Source: Catajapyx aquilonaris
Lineage: Eukaryota
Assembly: GCA_000934665.2 (NCBI GenBank)
Contig: JYFJ02000862.1
Span: 1 to 64,000 of the forward strand
DNA: 64,000 nucleotides
Reading direction: 5' to 3'
How positions within the stretch are numbered: the stretch's first letter is position 1; each line of letters opens with the position of its first letter. A model generated the notes under the pieces. It made no database searches and was not told the DNA's origin. It saw only the letters and a list, made by a program, of their open reading frames with translations. The position numbers were made by a program, and so were the translations under genes. Below are positions 38,701 through 52,686 of this stretch, in pieces.

Positions 38701-41700
38701 AGGGGGGCGAAAAATGGATTTATATGTCTGCAAGTTGGCGGATGATGGACCAAAAATGTGGAAATGGAGAGGGGGGGGGGTGTCCAGTTTTAATTTGCAG
38801 CAGCTGATGTTTAATTTGACTCACCTTCGAAACTTGTCCTTTTATAGCGGAACACTATTATTAACAATTTGAATACGCCCTGTAGCGATGTGGAGAAAGT
38901 AGCCTTGCCCGCAGTAGTTGCACGAGTCGCGATTATTATTTGAAACCGTGAGCATTAAGCTTTTTTTTTCACTTCAAATTACTGCTCTAATACAGATTTT
39001 CCTCTGTGATACTGTGCTAGTTAAAGAGCACTTGCACTCAAACATTTCTCGCTTGTACACGTGTACAGACTGCAATGTGAGTCAATGAATCCTGTGATAT
39101 TTCAAGTGCAGGCATATGCTAAGGAATCATTTGCAATTGCAGCTATAGTCAACGTCCAGCATGGTCAGTAAATCACAAAGTGTGTTTATGTAATTGCAAG
39201 TCCGAAAAAAATTGATTGGTGCTATAACATCATTTTAAGAGCAAACATTAGGTCATATAATTTTTTCAGCAAGGCTTAATTGTGGCTCGAGGTGCCAATT
39301 AATTTTTGAACACTTTACCAGTACGCGTTGCAGAAATATCGTGCATATTATACAACCCACTATTTGCCATCAGCTGAAAAAACTACGAGAAAAAAAATAT
39401 ATTCGTGTGCTGATGGTTGCATAGCGTCAGGATATACGTGGCCAAAATTTTTCGACATTTTTACAGTTCCCACAGCATAATATCTCAAAAAGTAGACGGC
39501 GACCTTTGACCCTCTAGACACCATAAGCGATCTGATTGGTGGCGCAGATGGTGGGGCAGCTCCACCAATCAGATCGCTTAAAGGCATGGTGGGTACAGTG
39601 CGGTCCATAAGAAATCCTATTTTGAAACCCTATACCGTTTAATGCATAACCATAGAGATGTCGCAATATTTAGGACATGTCTTTATTATTATTTTTAGAC
39701 GTTACGCAGTGGGTCGACTAATTCCCGTCATTTAAAAAAAATGTACCTGAATCGAAAATTAAACGCTCGGTTATGAAAATGACTAACTCGACACATACCC
39801 CCCAAAAAATGGGCCCCGGTTTTCAAACGACCAGTAAAAAAAATCCGTATCGGTGACGGTTACAGGAAATCTTTACCGTCTCGGAAACTGTTATCGGAAA
39901 ATGATGGCGGCAAAAGTTGACGGAAGGGCAAAAGTGGGGGGGTATATATAGGGGGGACTAGAGCCGACTCTTGTCATCTCGCCATCTTGGAAACACAGAG
40001 AGCCCATGCCCGCACCACCCACCACCTCCTCATCTGTTGAGACTTCTCCCCAAGACATGCAATCTCTTCTTGCCACGCGATGTTTCCGGAATCTTCCCTC
40101 ACTCCACTGTATATATATATATATACGGGACTCTCTCTGTGCGGAAGAGGAGAGATTCGATTCCGGGAGACACGCCCTTCCGGACACAGCACTGTATGGC
40201 GACCTACTTGACTCTAAAAAGGGCGCGGTTTGAGTTATTGCGACTCCGACTTTATATTATGTATAGGGGCCCTCTCTAGCATCAGACTAGAGGTGAAAGG
40301 AAAGTGCGATAAGGCACTAGCTGTATGTATATTTCAAAAAGCGCATCACGTAGGTGGGCCGCATTATGGAAACAAACAAGCGAATGTAAACAAAGCAAGT
40401 ATAAGGATGTTACCGCCTACAGGCAGGATATGGGTGAGAAAGTAGGCCTATAGGCCCTTTGTGCAAAGACTAATTGCGCGAGAGTTTGTGGTGAGAATAG
40501 GTGAGAACCAGGTGTTAATAGTGCCTGATTTGTATTACACTGCCCTTGACAAGTTATGCTGTAACACATTAATTGGCAATGTCAATTTTGCGTTGCTAAT
40601 CTTATTATCATAATTATTTGTATGCCGTTTTGTAATATGTGTTCTTTGTAGGACAAAAAAAGTAGCTACGTGTAGGGCCATTCGTAACAAATATTTTCTG
40701 CAGTAGTAGCTGATTGTCAAGCCCATTGATTACTTACATATTATTTTGTTAATTATTTTATCTGTCCCCGCACAAACCCAACCTCATATTACGGCAGAAA
40801 CCTCGATTCTTTACATATTTTAACTGCATATATTTTAATATAAGTAGATGTAAATGTCAGTGGGCTCTGCATACCGTTTCACGAATACCAGCTAATTACA
40901 CCTTTCCCTCCAAAAAATGAGTAAACCACAAAAACAACCAATGGCTTTTAACCTGTAACAGCAAAACGCAGGGCACGAAAAGTGACACACCTCCAAAGAT
41001 CCCCAAGTTCATCTCGAAGCAATAAAAGTGCCCAATTCCTTCAACGTATACAGACGACACAAAAAAAAATCGCTATTCCCCCCCATTTAACAAAAAAAAA
41101 ACATGTAAGATGGCGAATCGCAACCGGATCGACCTAACCCAGCCAACATTTTTCGTGGTGACCTCCCGGACTCTCATCATTTCCAGCTTGAAGAAAACGC
41201 CTCAAGTCATATTTTTTTCACCCCTCCTACTCATTCTCCTTCCTTCTTTGTCTCTTAACCTCTTTTTTTCTGCACGGTCTTTTTCGCAAAGTGGTCGCTC
41301 TGGATCACGAATTTGGAGGTCACGGTGAGGTATCCTGGATGAGCAGATGACCCTTCCTCACAAAATGTGCAGGAAAAAAAAAAAAAGTTTTTCCCACCCA
41401 CCTTCCCCCCACCCCACCTGACCTGCCCTCTTAACTATCCTTCCGTCCTCATGCAGCAAAAGCCTTGGAAATAAGATTGTGTCATTCAACATGCACGCTA
41501 TTTGAAGAAAAAAAAATGCGATAAATGTCATCCATCACCACAAAGTCCAGATATTCACATCGGAAGAAATTAATTATGCAGGCAATTACTTAAGACCAAA
41601 ACTTAACGTTAACCATTAATAAAATCGCCTGTAGTCGGACTATAACTTTTTTTCCCCCTTTTCGTTCATATGGCTATGAACTTTCCAACGCCTTTTACGA

Positions 41701-44700
41701 AAAGGCTATTATCAGTTTACGACCAATGATATAATTCAAAAAAATAATAATAATAACCTACGCCATTTCAATGAGTTCGCCAAACAAAGTCTCGCTTCAA
41801 TGATTGGGATATCGACCGAGGGATAAAAGACCCAAAGAATACGAACAAAACTTCTCCCCAGAAACTTTAAAAGATAGTTGTTTTTTTTCTTACCCATTTC
41901 CTCAGTCATATTTAATCAAATGCAGCCTGTGAACGATCCACTGCAATTTAAAGTGAACCACCAGTCCTCCTCGAAATTAAGCCAAAATAGAGTAAGAAAA
42001 AAAAGAAGAAGGTGCTTTCTAGGGGAAAAGACCCCATCTGTTCACTTTACTTAATCTTCTTCGGATGAATGCGCTTAAGTTGGGAAGGCATCGGGTCAAT
42101 TTACAGCTGAATATCATTCATTGGGGCCAATTAGAAAGGGGGCGAGGTGTCGGAACGAGTCCGAATTAGGCCACTTAAAAGTCGCCTTGTATTATTATGC
42201 ATCGTTTCCTGCTTTATTAGATAAAACTTGAAGGAACAAAAATGAGTCCAAAATTCATGCTGAAACAACTTGCAGCGGGCAACGATTTGTACGATTATTA
42301 TAAATTGTTATTGCAAACGTCACATAAAATATGAACTAAACAATTAATTAACCCAATCAATGCGCCGCGTGAATGGACCTATACTATTTATTTAAATTTT
42401 ATTACACAGCATTATATTACTTACCCCTGTTGGCTGATTTGCCTTTGGTGTGAAATAAAATTATGCGCTAAACAATTAATTAACCCCATTACGCAGTGTG
42501 AATGGACATATATTATTTATTTACTTTATTACGCAGTGTGAATGGACATATATTATTTATTTACTTTATTACGCAGTATTATATTATTTACCCCTGATGG
42601 CTGATTTGTTGGTCAGAAGACAGTTCATAAAGTAATAGCATGCTGTTTAGCAGAAATTGATGCGTATTATCACCACTTTTATATCAGTGTTTATACAGTA
42701 TTGCCTGTAAATTGTAGCGACTTTGCAACACTGTCACATAACAGCTTTACGAACTCCATGACCAATCAATTAATTAACAGCCCGTTTTTGTGACATAAAT
42801 CCCTCCACGTGCACTCTACAAAAACATGTTGCTAGTATGCATGTCTCCTTGTATTTCCAACCTTTTTCTTCTCCTCAGAAAAACTCCTCCCAAATTGGTA
42901 GAGCCCTCTAGTGTTAAGAGTGATCATCGAAACCCCTCCAAGGAAAGGAAGAAAAAAAAGAGAGAGAGAGAGAGAGAAGAGGAGCTCCTCATGCCAGAAA
43001 AGACAAGAAGATGCATGAAGGTGCGGTCATCGAACTGGCTCGTGGTCTACTCTGCACGCCCCAACAACTTGGAAAAGGACAAGGCAACAATCATCCGGGG
43101 GAAATACTCCTCCAAAAGTCCCCGGATTTTTTGTGTGTGTGTGCAAATAAATTATTCAAGAGTATGGCCATATATCCCTGATGCGATATTTACGCCCAAC
43201 AATATAACCCAATAACGCGTAGGGTGGAGAAGAAAAAACAGTCTGGAGAGATAACGGAAAAAAAGTTCCTCCGCCATTCAAACGGTATCTTACGTAAGCA
43301 TCATTTATATCCAGCTGAGAACAGCAATGAGAATCCGGAAGACAATTACATGTGATACATATACAGTACTTGTGCGTGTGGCGAACGACTTCGTGTCTCC
43401 ATTTTTATATTTCCGCATTTACGAATAAGGAGATGGACCCCCTTTAATGAAGACCAACGGACCCCGTAAACTTCCGCTCCATTAATCAAATCGCAAAGTT
43501 AATTAAACAGACGGCATTATTAATTCAACCTTACTTGTCGTCACAAGCCGTTAATTGTTTTTTTAAATGCTGGCATTGTTGCCATTTTGACACCGAGTTT
43601 ACTGCCACAGTTTCTTTATTGGCAGGACTCAATAAACATGGGAAAGGCTCCTGGTTGAGGTCTCAAGAGTACGGAGAACAACAACAATCAATAAGAAGCC
43701 CTGTGAACGGATTTCGGGTGATCTTCAGAAGGAGGTTATACCGAGGGGGGGAAGTGAAGAAGAAAAGAACCGGAGATGATCTCAGGTCAAGTCGGATTTA
43801 GGTAACAGGCTGATAAGAAGCGATATTTTTAGTTCAAACCTGATAATGTACTGTTAGTCACCTACTTTACACTCGCACGTTATAAGGTAACAATAACACA
43901 CAAGAGCAATTTGAAATTAAATTCGTTTAAAATGTAGATATTACAGCGTTGCCACTTTCTTTTGCCATCACATCACATCCTGATGTTGCTGTAAAATTCA
44001 GGCTGACTTCAGCAGCATCCACCCACAATTAAAAGAACATAACTCTTGATTGCCATACGTCTTATCCGACAACCGGCCCATCCAAAAACAAGCCAAACAC
44101 TACAAAAAAAAAAACGGCTTAATTCCCATCTGCCAAAATCACGACCAGAAATTTTTGCAGCAAATCGTGACTCTGCTTCACCTTCCACGACCTTATCCTT
44201 GCAATAAAGGGGGATAACCAAACAGAAAATGGGAGCTATTAAGACGTGGTTTCCGCATGTTTTTTTTCTCTCCCTTTCACGTGGAAAAATCGGCCAATTA
44301 AGGGTTGCCCTGAGAGTGTCGGCGACAGGTACACCCTCGAAACCATCAACAATGCGTCGTGGGGACTTAACAAAGTGCGTCGGTGATGAGTGATGCGTGC
44401 AGGAAGCCATCCGTCACTGTGTGAAAAGGAGATGAGAAGGGGGGCTGCAACAACGCTTCTCTAATGGAACCTTATCTGCTTTGGCTACTGGAGGAACATC
44501 GGTGTATGGCCTCCTTCTTCCATTACAAGAGACCTGAGTGAATTCCACTGGATTTATAATCATCAAGTGAGGAGAGCAGGCATCTTTTTTTTTCTTTTCA
44601 GAGACCATTAGGAACGTGGGCTTGCACTTCTTTTTCCCTCCCTCCTTTTGTGTTTTTGAGCTGGTTGTCAGGGGATTTATGGATTCATCAGTGTTTTGCG

Positions 44701-47700
44701 GAGTGCTACACAAGTCGTGTGCTGTCCTGATGCGGATGATTATCACTAATCTTCCGTGATATGGCGGTAAAAAATTTCGTTGCATCATTCATGGCTATTT
44801 ACCGGTGCTTTTTCGTCGAGTTGCTTGCAGGTGCATGTCTCTAGGATGTTGTTTGCAGCTAGCACATGATTTTTCGTGCATGCACATTATTTATTATTTA
44901 GCGAGCTGCTGGTTTAAGTTTAGAGTCCCCACCGCATATCACATTTGAAGTCACAAGTTCACTATATAGAGAATCATACGGATGATTTTCTAACGTGTAA
45001 AGTGTTTCGATAGGTTCTCTCCGTGTCAATGTGGGATTTCTCGGTGTCCCCCTAAACGTCATTTAATTCATTAATAAAGCCGGAAATTGAAAAGAAGATC
45101 CCTGATATGGTATTTGCTGTATTTTGATTCAAAATAAAATATTTCACATGTGGACTTACAGTGCAACAGCGTCTCAGTTTCACAATTTCTGGAACGTTAC
45201 CAACTTTTGTAACAAGTAGTTTTGAGGAAGACGCTCCATAGCAACATGTTTCCGACATGAACTGTGACTACGCTACTAGACATTGGCCATCACATTATTA
45301 TTAGAGCATTTTATTCACTCTCAGTCGACAACCGAATCGTACAATATTTTGGAAAAATATGGCACTTTAATTCCGTAAAGTTTATGACACATGTCCCATA
45401 GTAAGTCACAATTCATTGATAACTCTCGGTTTTTCGTCATATCCAGCTATAGCCACCGTTACAGCAACCATGAAAAGCTTATGGGAGAATCCCGACTAGC
45501 AGAGACTTACAACCATCCAGAAGTTATATTTTAAAAAATCCTATAAGTCGATATGACAGATGTAACGTACACCTGATCGTCATGCTGCCGAATAATATTA
45601 AGGGAGAGCACCGGCACTTTCAACTGACCAAAACGCACAAGAGATGGCGCAGCAGTTCTACCAACGCTTCAGCAGCCCCATCTTCCGTCGATAATCACGA
45701 ACCCACCAAATTGCTAACAGCCCTTCAAAAAAGCTCTTCCAACCTATGTTGACAGCAACAAGAAGCTGGGGATACACACTAGTCCCAACCTCGGTCCTGA
45801 AACTGGCAGGGGCAAAAGGTGCGGGTTAGAATAAAGTGCAAGGAGCTGGGAGGTAGAGGGCGGGAGTGGGAAGCTGGATGGAAACTAATTAAACTCACGA
45901 AAAGACGAGCCCGGACCCTGCTGCAACTTGCATATCGAACGCCGGCACGGAAATTGTCATGGAGAAGCACGCCGGGGTTTATTGCACGAGTGAAGCTGGG
46001 TTTCAAACAACTCCCCGCCAGCTCCCAAAACACACCCCGCCTCTCCCCACTCATATACACTTTCAGACAAACTAGCTTCAGATTCAGCTAAATACATGAG
46101 GTTCACAGCTTTATTTTGACATCACTCCTGGGGCTTGTTCCTGAAGAGTCTCAACTTAATTACTGTAAAGCTGGCTGCAAATTCCAGAGATTAAATCATG
46201 TCACCAAAAACATTGCTAAAAATGACATCACGCTAAATAATTATTAAAAATAAATTTTTATATATGAATATTCCTAATTCTGAGATGTGCAGATCAGCAG
46301 AACAATGCGCCTTCTGAGCAGTATATCTAACCCCGTTTACATGATGCGCAATTAGCCTGACACACCTGAAGATTCGCACATTTCTCTCGCAGGCTGCGTG
46401 ATCTCTCCGGTTTTGCGCTTCACCCTTGCAAACCTGTTCCGAGTAGGAAGAACAAGATGTCAAAATTTGTCCAGAGCGCGTACGTAATAAAAATCTGCCT
46501 CCGACCCGTCACATTCGGCGTAAACATCATAAATCTCCGGGCATCCTGCAGCTAACTGCAAATCCGGATCCATCATTTGTAAGCGCCCAGCAATTGGAGA
46601 CGAGCCCGAAAATTTCCAGAGAAGACTAAGTACGGTCTTCTGGATGCACACCCACGACCGACTCTTACTCCTCATTACTCAGCATCATAGCAACACCCAC
46701 TATACACCACCAATGCACTTTCATGGTGTACTTGGAAATGGCGTGGTCAAGGAGAACCGCGGAGAACAATAGCCGGCCGTAAACTTCCTGTCCTGTTAAT
46801 TGCAACCTAGCAATTGGGACAAGACTATATAGGACAACCTGAAAACTCCTTATGTACCGTACACACACAGTCACGTAAAGGAGTACGGTAGCAGATTTGA
46901 CGCTTCTGGCCATGGAGCTAGACCCCGTGGACCTAGGCCTAGCTAGGCCTAGCTCCACGTGGCCTAGCTAGGGCAGATGTAGGAGCGCCTCTGTTGGATA
47001 CTAATTTGACCTTCAGGTCAGTTACCTTACATATTTACGTGGTACATTACATACCTTGAATTGTAGCTTCATCGCTGAACTGTCTACATTCGCCTTTCAG
47101 TTGCACCACAATTTTTGTTCCTTCCTGGACTCCTTCAGCCTCCTGAATCTCATATGATCCAGACCTGCCAACAATCAAAAAATAGCATCCATTAACTTCC
47201 AGTTCAGATCTATATGGACGGTCCGAGTCCGTCCCCCCCCCCCCACCCGAAAATGGTGGTCAGTAGGGTTCAATAACCTATAACCATATTACGACTCAAT
47301 TCCTGGCTTTTAGACAGCCTCATCAACACGGCCGATAATTTGATCTCGTTTGATCGTTTCGCGCGTAAGCCCCCCCTCCCCGCATTCACACACAATCAAC
47401 AAAAGCGACTAAAATAGGCTTAAGTAACGTGTTGATTGTGAAGCAGTTGGCCGTGAAAAAGTATATGTGCGCTCATTTCGGCTTATTAATGCCGGCCAAA
47501 AGGGACTAACCGCATGCGTCCATTTTCAAATGCAGACCCCCAGTCATAATGGTAAACGAGCAATAAAAAGCTCCCTCAGCTTTTGTGCCCGCTTTCAAGA
47601 GCAGCTCTCCTATTTTTATAATCGCCTCTTCATCAATCATCTGCATTATTTCCATCCAAACACCTTCGGGTCGTGCACAAGCTTTTCACAAAGTTGTTTT

Positions 47701-50700
47701 GGTGGGGATTGGCGTTAGACCCAGGAAACAACAATGGCACTGCCACAAACAAGCAATTACAGGCAGGGGTGACACACTATGGGGAACTGTAACTGCAACT
47801 ATACCGAAGACCCCTTAACCACATTCAGAGAAGTTGCGTAACTTTAACGTGCAGTTTAAAACAATATTTTTGTGACATCACACGATTTTAAACGGATAGT
47901 TCAACGTTCCTGAGTTCAACAGAAATATGACCAGGTTCTCAACGGGTTTCCCCAATTTTCTTTGGAGAGTGTATAGAAAATGCTGGTTCATTCTAAGTGA
48001 CGTCTGGCCGTTATGCTACAACCTATTATTTATGTGAAATTGATACTTTCAGTTTTCCGGTGGGACGCTCCATTGAAAAGGTTCAGTGTTCCCCCCACAC
48101 CACCTTTCAATTCCAGGGCTTCAAAAAAGGGAGCCCCAACAAGCTGCCTATTGAGAATGGCTGAATGGAGCCGATTCTTCATCGAGCAAAATCGTCCGGT
48201 CCACTCTTCAATACAAGTGTAAAACCCTCACTTGTAGGTTATTCTCGGGGTGATGAAACCCCTGTCGTGCCTGCCTGTATAGCCAATAGGCTTTTGACTA
48301 TACAACGACATCGTGAAATAAAGGCGACTAACACAAACTGAGCAGTCAATATTCAGAGAAACATGTATAGACATTATTACGTGACAATACAACACTAAGT
48401 GCTTCATTTCTAGCGCAAGTCCTTGAAATTTCTGAACAAAAAATCGGGGTCAAGTGTTTAACTGTTCATTTGTCATTCTTATCAGTTTGTTTAGGCTGCA
48501 CTAGATTATCACGGCAGGTCATGAACATTGCAGGCAAATGCAAGCGTCAAGGCACTAATCCCTCGTAATTTGTATATTTACCCTCACCTGACACAGCAAA
48601 TGGAAAATATTGCACACGAGCCAGTCTTGCAAAAAATATAAATTACTTGAACTAAATACTCCCATAAAGAATCTGTGTGAGAATACAATCGAAAGATTAA
48701 GGTTTACACATGCTTACAAAACTCGTCTATTACTGACTAGTGACAATTCCAAGAACTAGTTTGCTACATTCAGTATTTTTTCCCTCCCACTGCTCTTCCC
48801 CATAAAGCCCAACATTCCCCCACTCTTCTACCTAAAATTTATGTTACGCAAAGCTCTCTTGCGACTGCAACGTGCAATTTACAAAATAAGAGATACAGAA
48901 AAAAAAGAGAGAGATGAAAGACTCAGAGGTTTAAACTAGAAGTTTTCTGGTAATTACATAGTCGAACCGTGGGGCTCAACACGAGAGGAATTCTAATCGT
49001 GGGAAATGGCGGCCAGAAAAAGAAACGGATACACATTTCTTTTGTCTCCTGCTCGGACCGTAACTCAACCCGTGTCTCTGAGGTCCTTGTAATGCACCAG
49101 AAGAGCACACAAAAAATGTGACTCTTGTGATATAAGACTTGTACCTGGAGTGTGCACAAAAAGCAGCAAGGTTTGGAATAATAACAACCACAATAACGAG
49201 TGAAGCTGACCATATTGAAATGGTGACCCTTATTCAATAATATTTGATAGCCGGTCATTCGAATTCGGTATAAACTTTAAGCCACACTCTTTTTGAAATT
49301 CCATCATCTCTGATAAGGCGAAGCCTGTCACGTTTGTCGACGATATATGTAGCTCTCCTATGATAGGATACTTTCTGATTTTCCTGATTCCGAATTCCGC
49401 CCGTGTTTCCTAAGAGTTATAGGTGCCAAGAGCCGGCCCGGACGTGAAACACTTTTTCAAGCCATATAAAAGGTAACTTATGCGACGAAAAGTCATGATA
49501 CCGCGCCTTGCTTTTGCAGCAATGCACTCTCTCAATAATATATGAAATGTTTTTCGCTGTAGATTTTGGGTTTTCACTTTCACATTTTACCAGACTGAAC
49601 CATGGGATGCACGCTCGGAATTATTAGAGTTTTTCGACCTTTTCATTGAAAATTAACCAACCGATATTACAATTCGATGTTTTTCGATATTTACATGTTG
49701 ACATTTCTCGCCATATTGTGACTTGATTACAAATGACAATTGTTGTGTCATATGAAAACTACGCTGTGCACCCAAACTCAAATTCTAATCAGCGTAAGAT
49801 CAAAATAAAACGCTGATTTCAAACATTGCACACATGACGACATGTTTACCATCGGATCGCATGGTCACACGTCACTCCAATGCCAATATCCAATCCGCAG
49901 CTCATCTGTCACCGTCATGTTGTCACCTGAGAAACTCAGCCGTCAAAACCTTTCCAACCGGTGTTGAGCTTTTTTGCCAGCTCAGAGACGTCATGTAGTC
50001 CTCGATTATTCCAACTTGCAAATTTTCCAGCGCTCTGCTGCCGCCTAGGATTTAGCTTTCACTAGAACCTCCATCACATATGCTAAAAAGGCGGAGGCTC
50101 TTCCCCCCATCCCCACCCCTACCCCCCAAAACCTGCTAATATCACCTGCTCAAATGTTGATGATTCCCATGGAAAGGAAAATGACTGTTTGAGAGAACTG
50201 ACCCCGCGTGATTTTGGCAAAGTTTGCGCCTTCGCATAATGAAGTGGCCTAAATAAACGGTGGCTGGAGATTATGGGAAACTAGAGTTTCGCTTTTCCGA
50301 AGCTACGCCATCCGAGGGGAATCTGCATGCTCATTCTCACAGCTATATACGGACAGGTCATGGGTTAAAAGTAACCAATGCATATAGCAACGGAACAGAA
50401 AAAATGTTTTGCTTTGAGTTGGACACATGCTCTAGTCACAAGGAACTCGGAATTTTAAAATAAAAGCCATAGCAAAAAAAAAAAGTAGTATGACATTTTG
50501 TGTCGACTCCAAATAAAAAGCATCGGCCATTGGTCCTGTCTGGATGCGTCAAAAAATATATATTAGCATAGTATGTAGGAGTTTTTACATGCTGTCAATC
50601 ACATGCACAAAGTGCTGCAGACGTCGTTGAAATTTCTCCACCCATCTATTTACATGCAAAACCAGTAATTTTTATGTCATGGTCCAGCTAGCACTTAGGT

Positions 50701-52686
50701 GTTCAAGTGAGCGTAAATATATGCAAGACGCGATGTGACTTATGACTTGATTGTATTGTGGCACTTCGTTTTATTTCACACCTGAATGTCTGCATCCTGG
50801 GAGAAACTGCCAGCAATCTCATGATTTATCACAACAAATAGTAGACAATTAATAACGTCCATTAAAATCTGCGATTCTTAATGCGGTATGCGACCTCCCC
50901 AAAGTCACTTTTTCGAGGATGGAAAATATAAACCATCCAGGACGAAGACGAATTCAGTGAGAACCTTGGCTTAATGCTTAAAATCAGAAACGAGTGAGGT
51001 GAACAAAATTTCTAATTTCCCCGTGTAAATGCCTAGGAATAGGCGATGAGCTTGTTAGTTACTAATGTATAATTCCGCGCCTAATCTTGCACCCCCCCCC
51101 CCCTTTGCAGCCCCCAGGAATGCGCCGAGGGTGTCAAGATTCATAAAGTACCGTATACAAATTTTGCTTCTCATAATGAAAACATATTTCGCCCAGCTTC
51201 TGGGCGTAATGCATGAAATGGGCGATCCTCTTATCTTTTGCATGTGTTCTGCAAATCCGAATATAACGCTGTTGGAAAATGGTCCGCAATGTCTGACTAT
51301 ATATGAAACGGGAAAAGTCATAAGTCCCCCGGCTTTTCGAGTCAAGTCGAGAGAAGATTGCTATTGGTAACATGAATAACTGTGATACCATTAACACGTA
51401 ACTGCAAATTTTAAACGCATACACATTTATTTAAAATTGCATATAATAAAAAAAGTGCTTATAGGAAAAAAAGCTTATTCATTTTTTTCTGACATATTTG
51501 CTATAGGTAATTATTTTCATCAAATATATTGAACAGTTTTTAATTTTACACCGTATACTCTCGTGTGAAATTAAATCGTGTGGTTTACTTACTTTATTGA
51601 CATCGGAACGTTGTGGCAATAACTTAGCGCTTCTCATTGACATCCATATCGTAATGAGAGGCATCTCGTTAACTATACTGTAATGGCACTGGCGACAAGT
51701 TTCGAGATTGAAAAAGTTCCATTAGGTCTATTGTACTATTCCCAGGGACCTACTCAGCGGATAGAAAATTTATCCAAGGCTTACTTTTGGAGTGGAGGGG
51801 GGATGGGGGACGTAAGTGGCAGACGTATGCCCACATTATACATTCCCCCCTTTCCATCCTCTTCCGATAATTAAATGTTTGGTGCATGAGAACTTCCAGC
51901 CAGTTATGTGCGTCATGTTTCAGTAGAATCTTCGGTGGAAATTAATGATTATTCGTCAGTAAGTCCTGGTGACTAATAGTGTCGTAATGGAGGTAAGTTG
52001 CGCAAAAATGAACCGGCAGTAGCTCTTTCTAGCTCTGCAGGGAGGGTGTGAGGCAGGACGTGGTGACGCTTTTATTACTTCTGGTCAATTTTATGGGGCC
52101 CTGCCAATTGACTTCATTGTCGCTACTAATAAGGATTAGCATAATATTCCCAACTAACATCTCAGAGCACGTGAAGGATACATCAACGCGTGGTTCAAAT
52201 AAAAAACCAGAAATAACTTGCAGTAGCTGCAACCGGTTTGAGCGATTACATATTGCATACATGTAAGAATGCAGCGTTTCATTGTTCACTTCTGCACACT
52301 TTGACATACACGTACGCCCTAATGCGCAAATCGGTGCAGTTCAAACAACTTTTTTCCGGCATATTTGTACAAGATATTGTTCCCAAACGGCCGCAGTAAC
52401 CCAATATTTATTCCTGAACGTTGATTAATCATCCAATGCTTGGAGGGATCCCCTGTGACGGACTCGTCAAATTGTCCTTGTCCGTGACCATACCAGCAGA
52501 ACATGCAGTGCAATTTCCTTACCCATCGGATGTCCAGCGATATCCTTTGCTCCCAGGTGCACTCGCCTTAGAGTAGACCTCAACACGTGAGGCCACCATA
52601 AAGCATGAGTAGAAGCCCACGCCGAACTGTCCGATGATGCTGCCGGGGTCATTGCCGCCATCTTTCTTCAGCTGCTCCAAGAAGGC
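24127..52686 (-). CDS. TRAP1: Mitochondrial heat shock protein 75 kDa / TRAP1 (Hsp90 family), 5'-partial: last 12 exons, 521 aa
   Basis: Exons 52686-52523 ([22 protein letters not shown]), 47164-47055, 37009-36936 ([10 protein letters not shown]), 36865-36703 ([18 protein letters not shown]), 32988-32875 ([16 protein letters not shown]), 28643-28574 ([18 protein letters not shown]), 27480-27333, 26739-26612, 24917-24730, 24658-24427 (LEINP), 24358-24286, 24228-24127 ([16 protein letters not shown]). All GT-AG and in frame (1566 nt). No charged linker and no MEEVD or KDEL, which fits TRAP1. The upstream exon was not found in 52687-64000. Confidence 0.95.
26229..26560. repeat. Nested tandem repeat: ~127-bp unit x ~2.6 containing an 18-bp subrepeat (gcgtgagcgagaatgaaa)
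   Basis: Units start with ccatctcaaatca at 26229, 26358 and 26485. Confidence 0.9.
27497..27930 (+). mobile_element. Two head-to-tail diverged ~210-bp copies with Helitron-like 3' ends
   Basis: Both start ggcttattctctccgtcggatgtttgtc (27497, 27718). Both end with a ttgccacattttggc hairpin followed shortly by CTAG|T (27700-27703, 27927-27930). The duplication is certain; the Helitron identity is inferred. Confidence 0.55.
33063..33139. repeat. Isolated GC-rich inverted repeat / hairpin (tiny MITE or structured RNA)
   Basis: ccaccaccgta..cgcaggcct pairs with aggcctgcg..tacggtggtgg (11 + 9 bp stems). Confidence 0.6.
36416..36548 (-). mobile_element. Dispersed short repeat, copy A (Helitron-like)
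   Basis: Shares cattgcgca.gcgca and ggccaatcagaagccttatacaaacaac with the copies at 53405-53515 and 63497-63630. Confidence 0.6.
37785..38133. mobile_element. Degenerate CACT-ended TIR element (CACTA/EnSpm-like MITE) with gagtg/cactc subterminal repeats
   Basis: Left end cacttttaaaaaatttcgagtg..cactc; right end reverse complement cgctctaaaagttttcgagtg..cactc. Many internal cactc/gagtg motifs. Confidence 0.5.
39524..39580. repeat. Perfect 19-bp inverted repeat (hairpin), probably inside a DNA-transposon relic
   Basis: taagcgatctgattggtgg pairs with ccaccaatcagatcgctta. The nearby 19-mer gtgctgatggttgcatagc (39407-39425) also occurs at 25145-25163. Confidence 0.7.
42326..42608. repeat. Diverged ~120-bp tandem duplication whose second copy has an exact 40-bp internal duplication
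   Basis: Copies at 42326-42441 and 42457-42608. attacgcagtgtgaatggacatatattatttatttacttt occurs at 42488 and 42528. Confidence 0.85.
46430..46725 (-). pseudogene. Possible decayed THAP-domain (transposon-derived) coding relic
   Basis: Across frameshifts it reads [39 protein letters not shown], which resembles THAP CxxxxC..F..W..YVCSxHF..VPT. Several frame changes are needed. Confidence 0.3.

Noticed and set aside
39900..40240. TATATATA plus ORF 40006..40233 as a nested gene
   Set aside because: The ORF crosses a TA microsatellite and has no recognisable domain or splice support.
51055..51424. ~100-aa ORFs in a TRAP1 intron
   Set aside because: No family motifs; compatible with chance ORFs.
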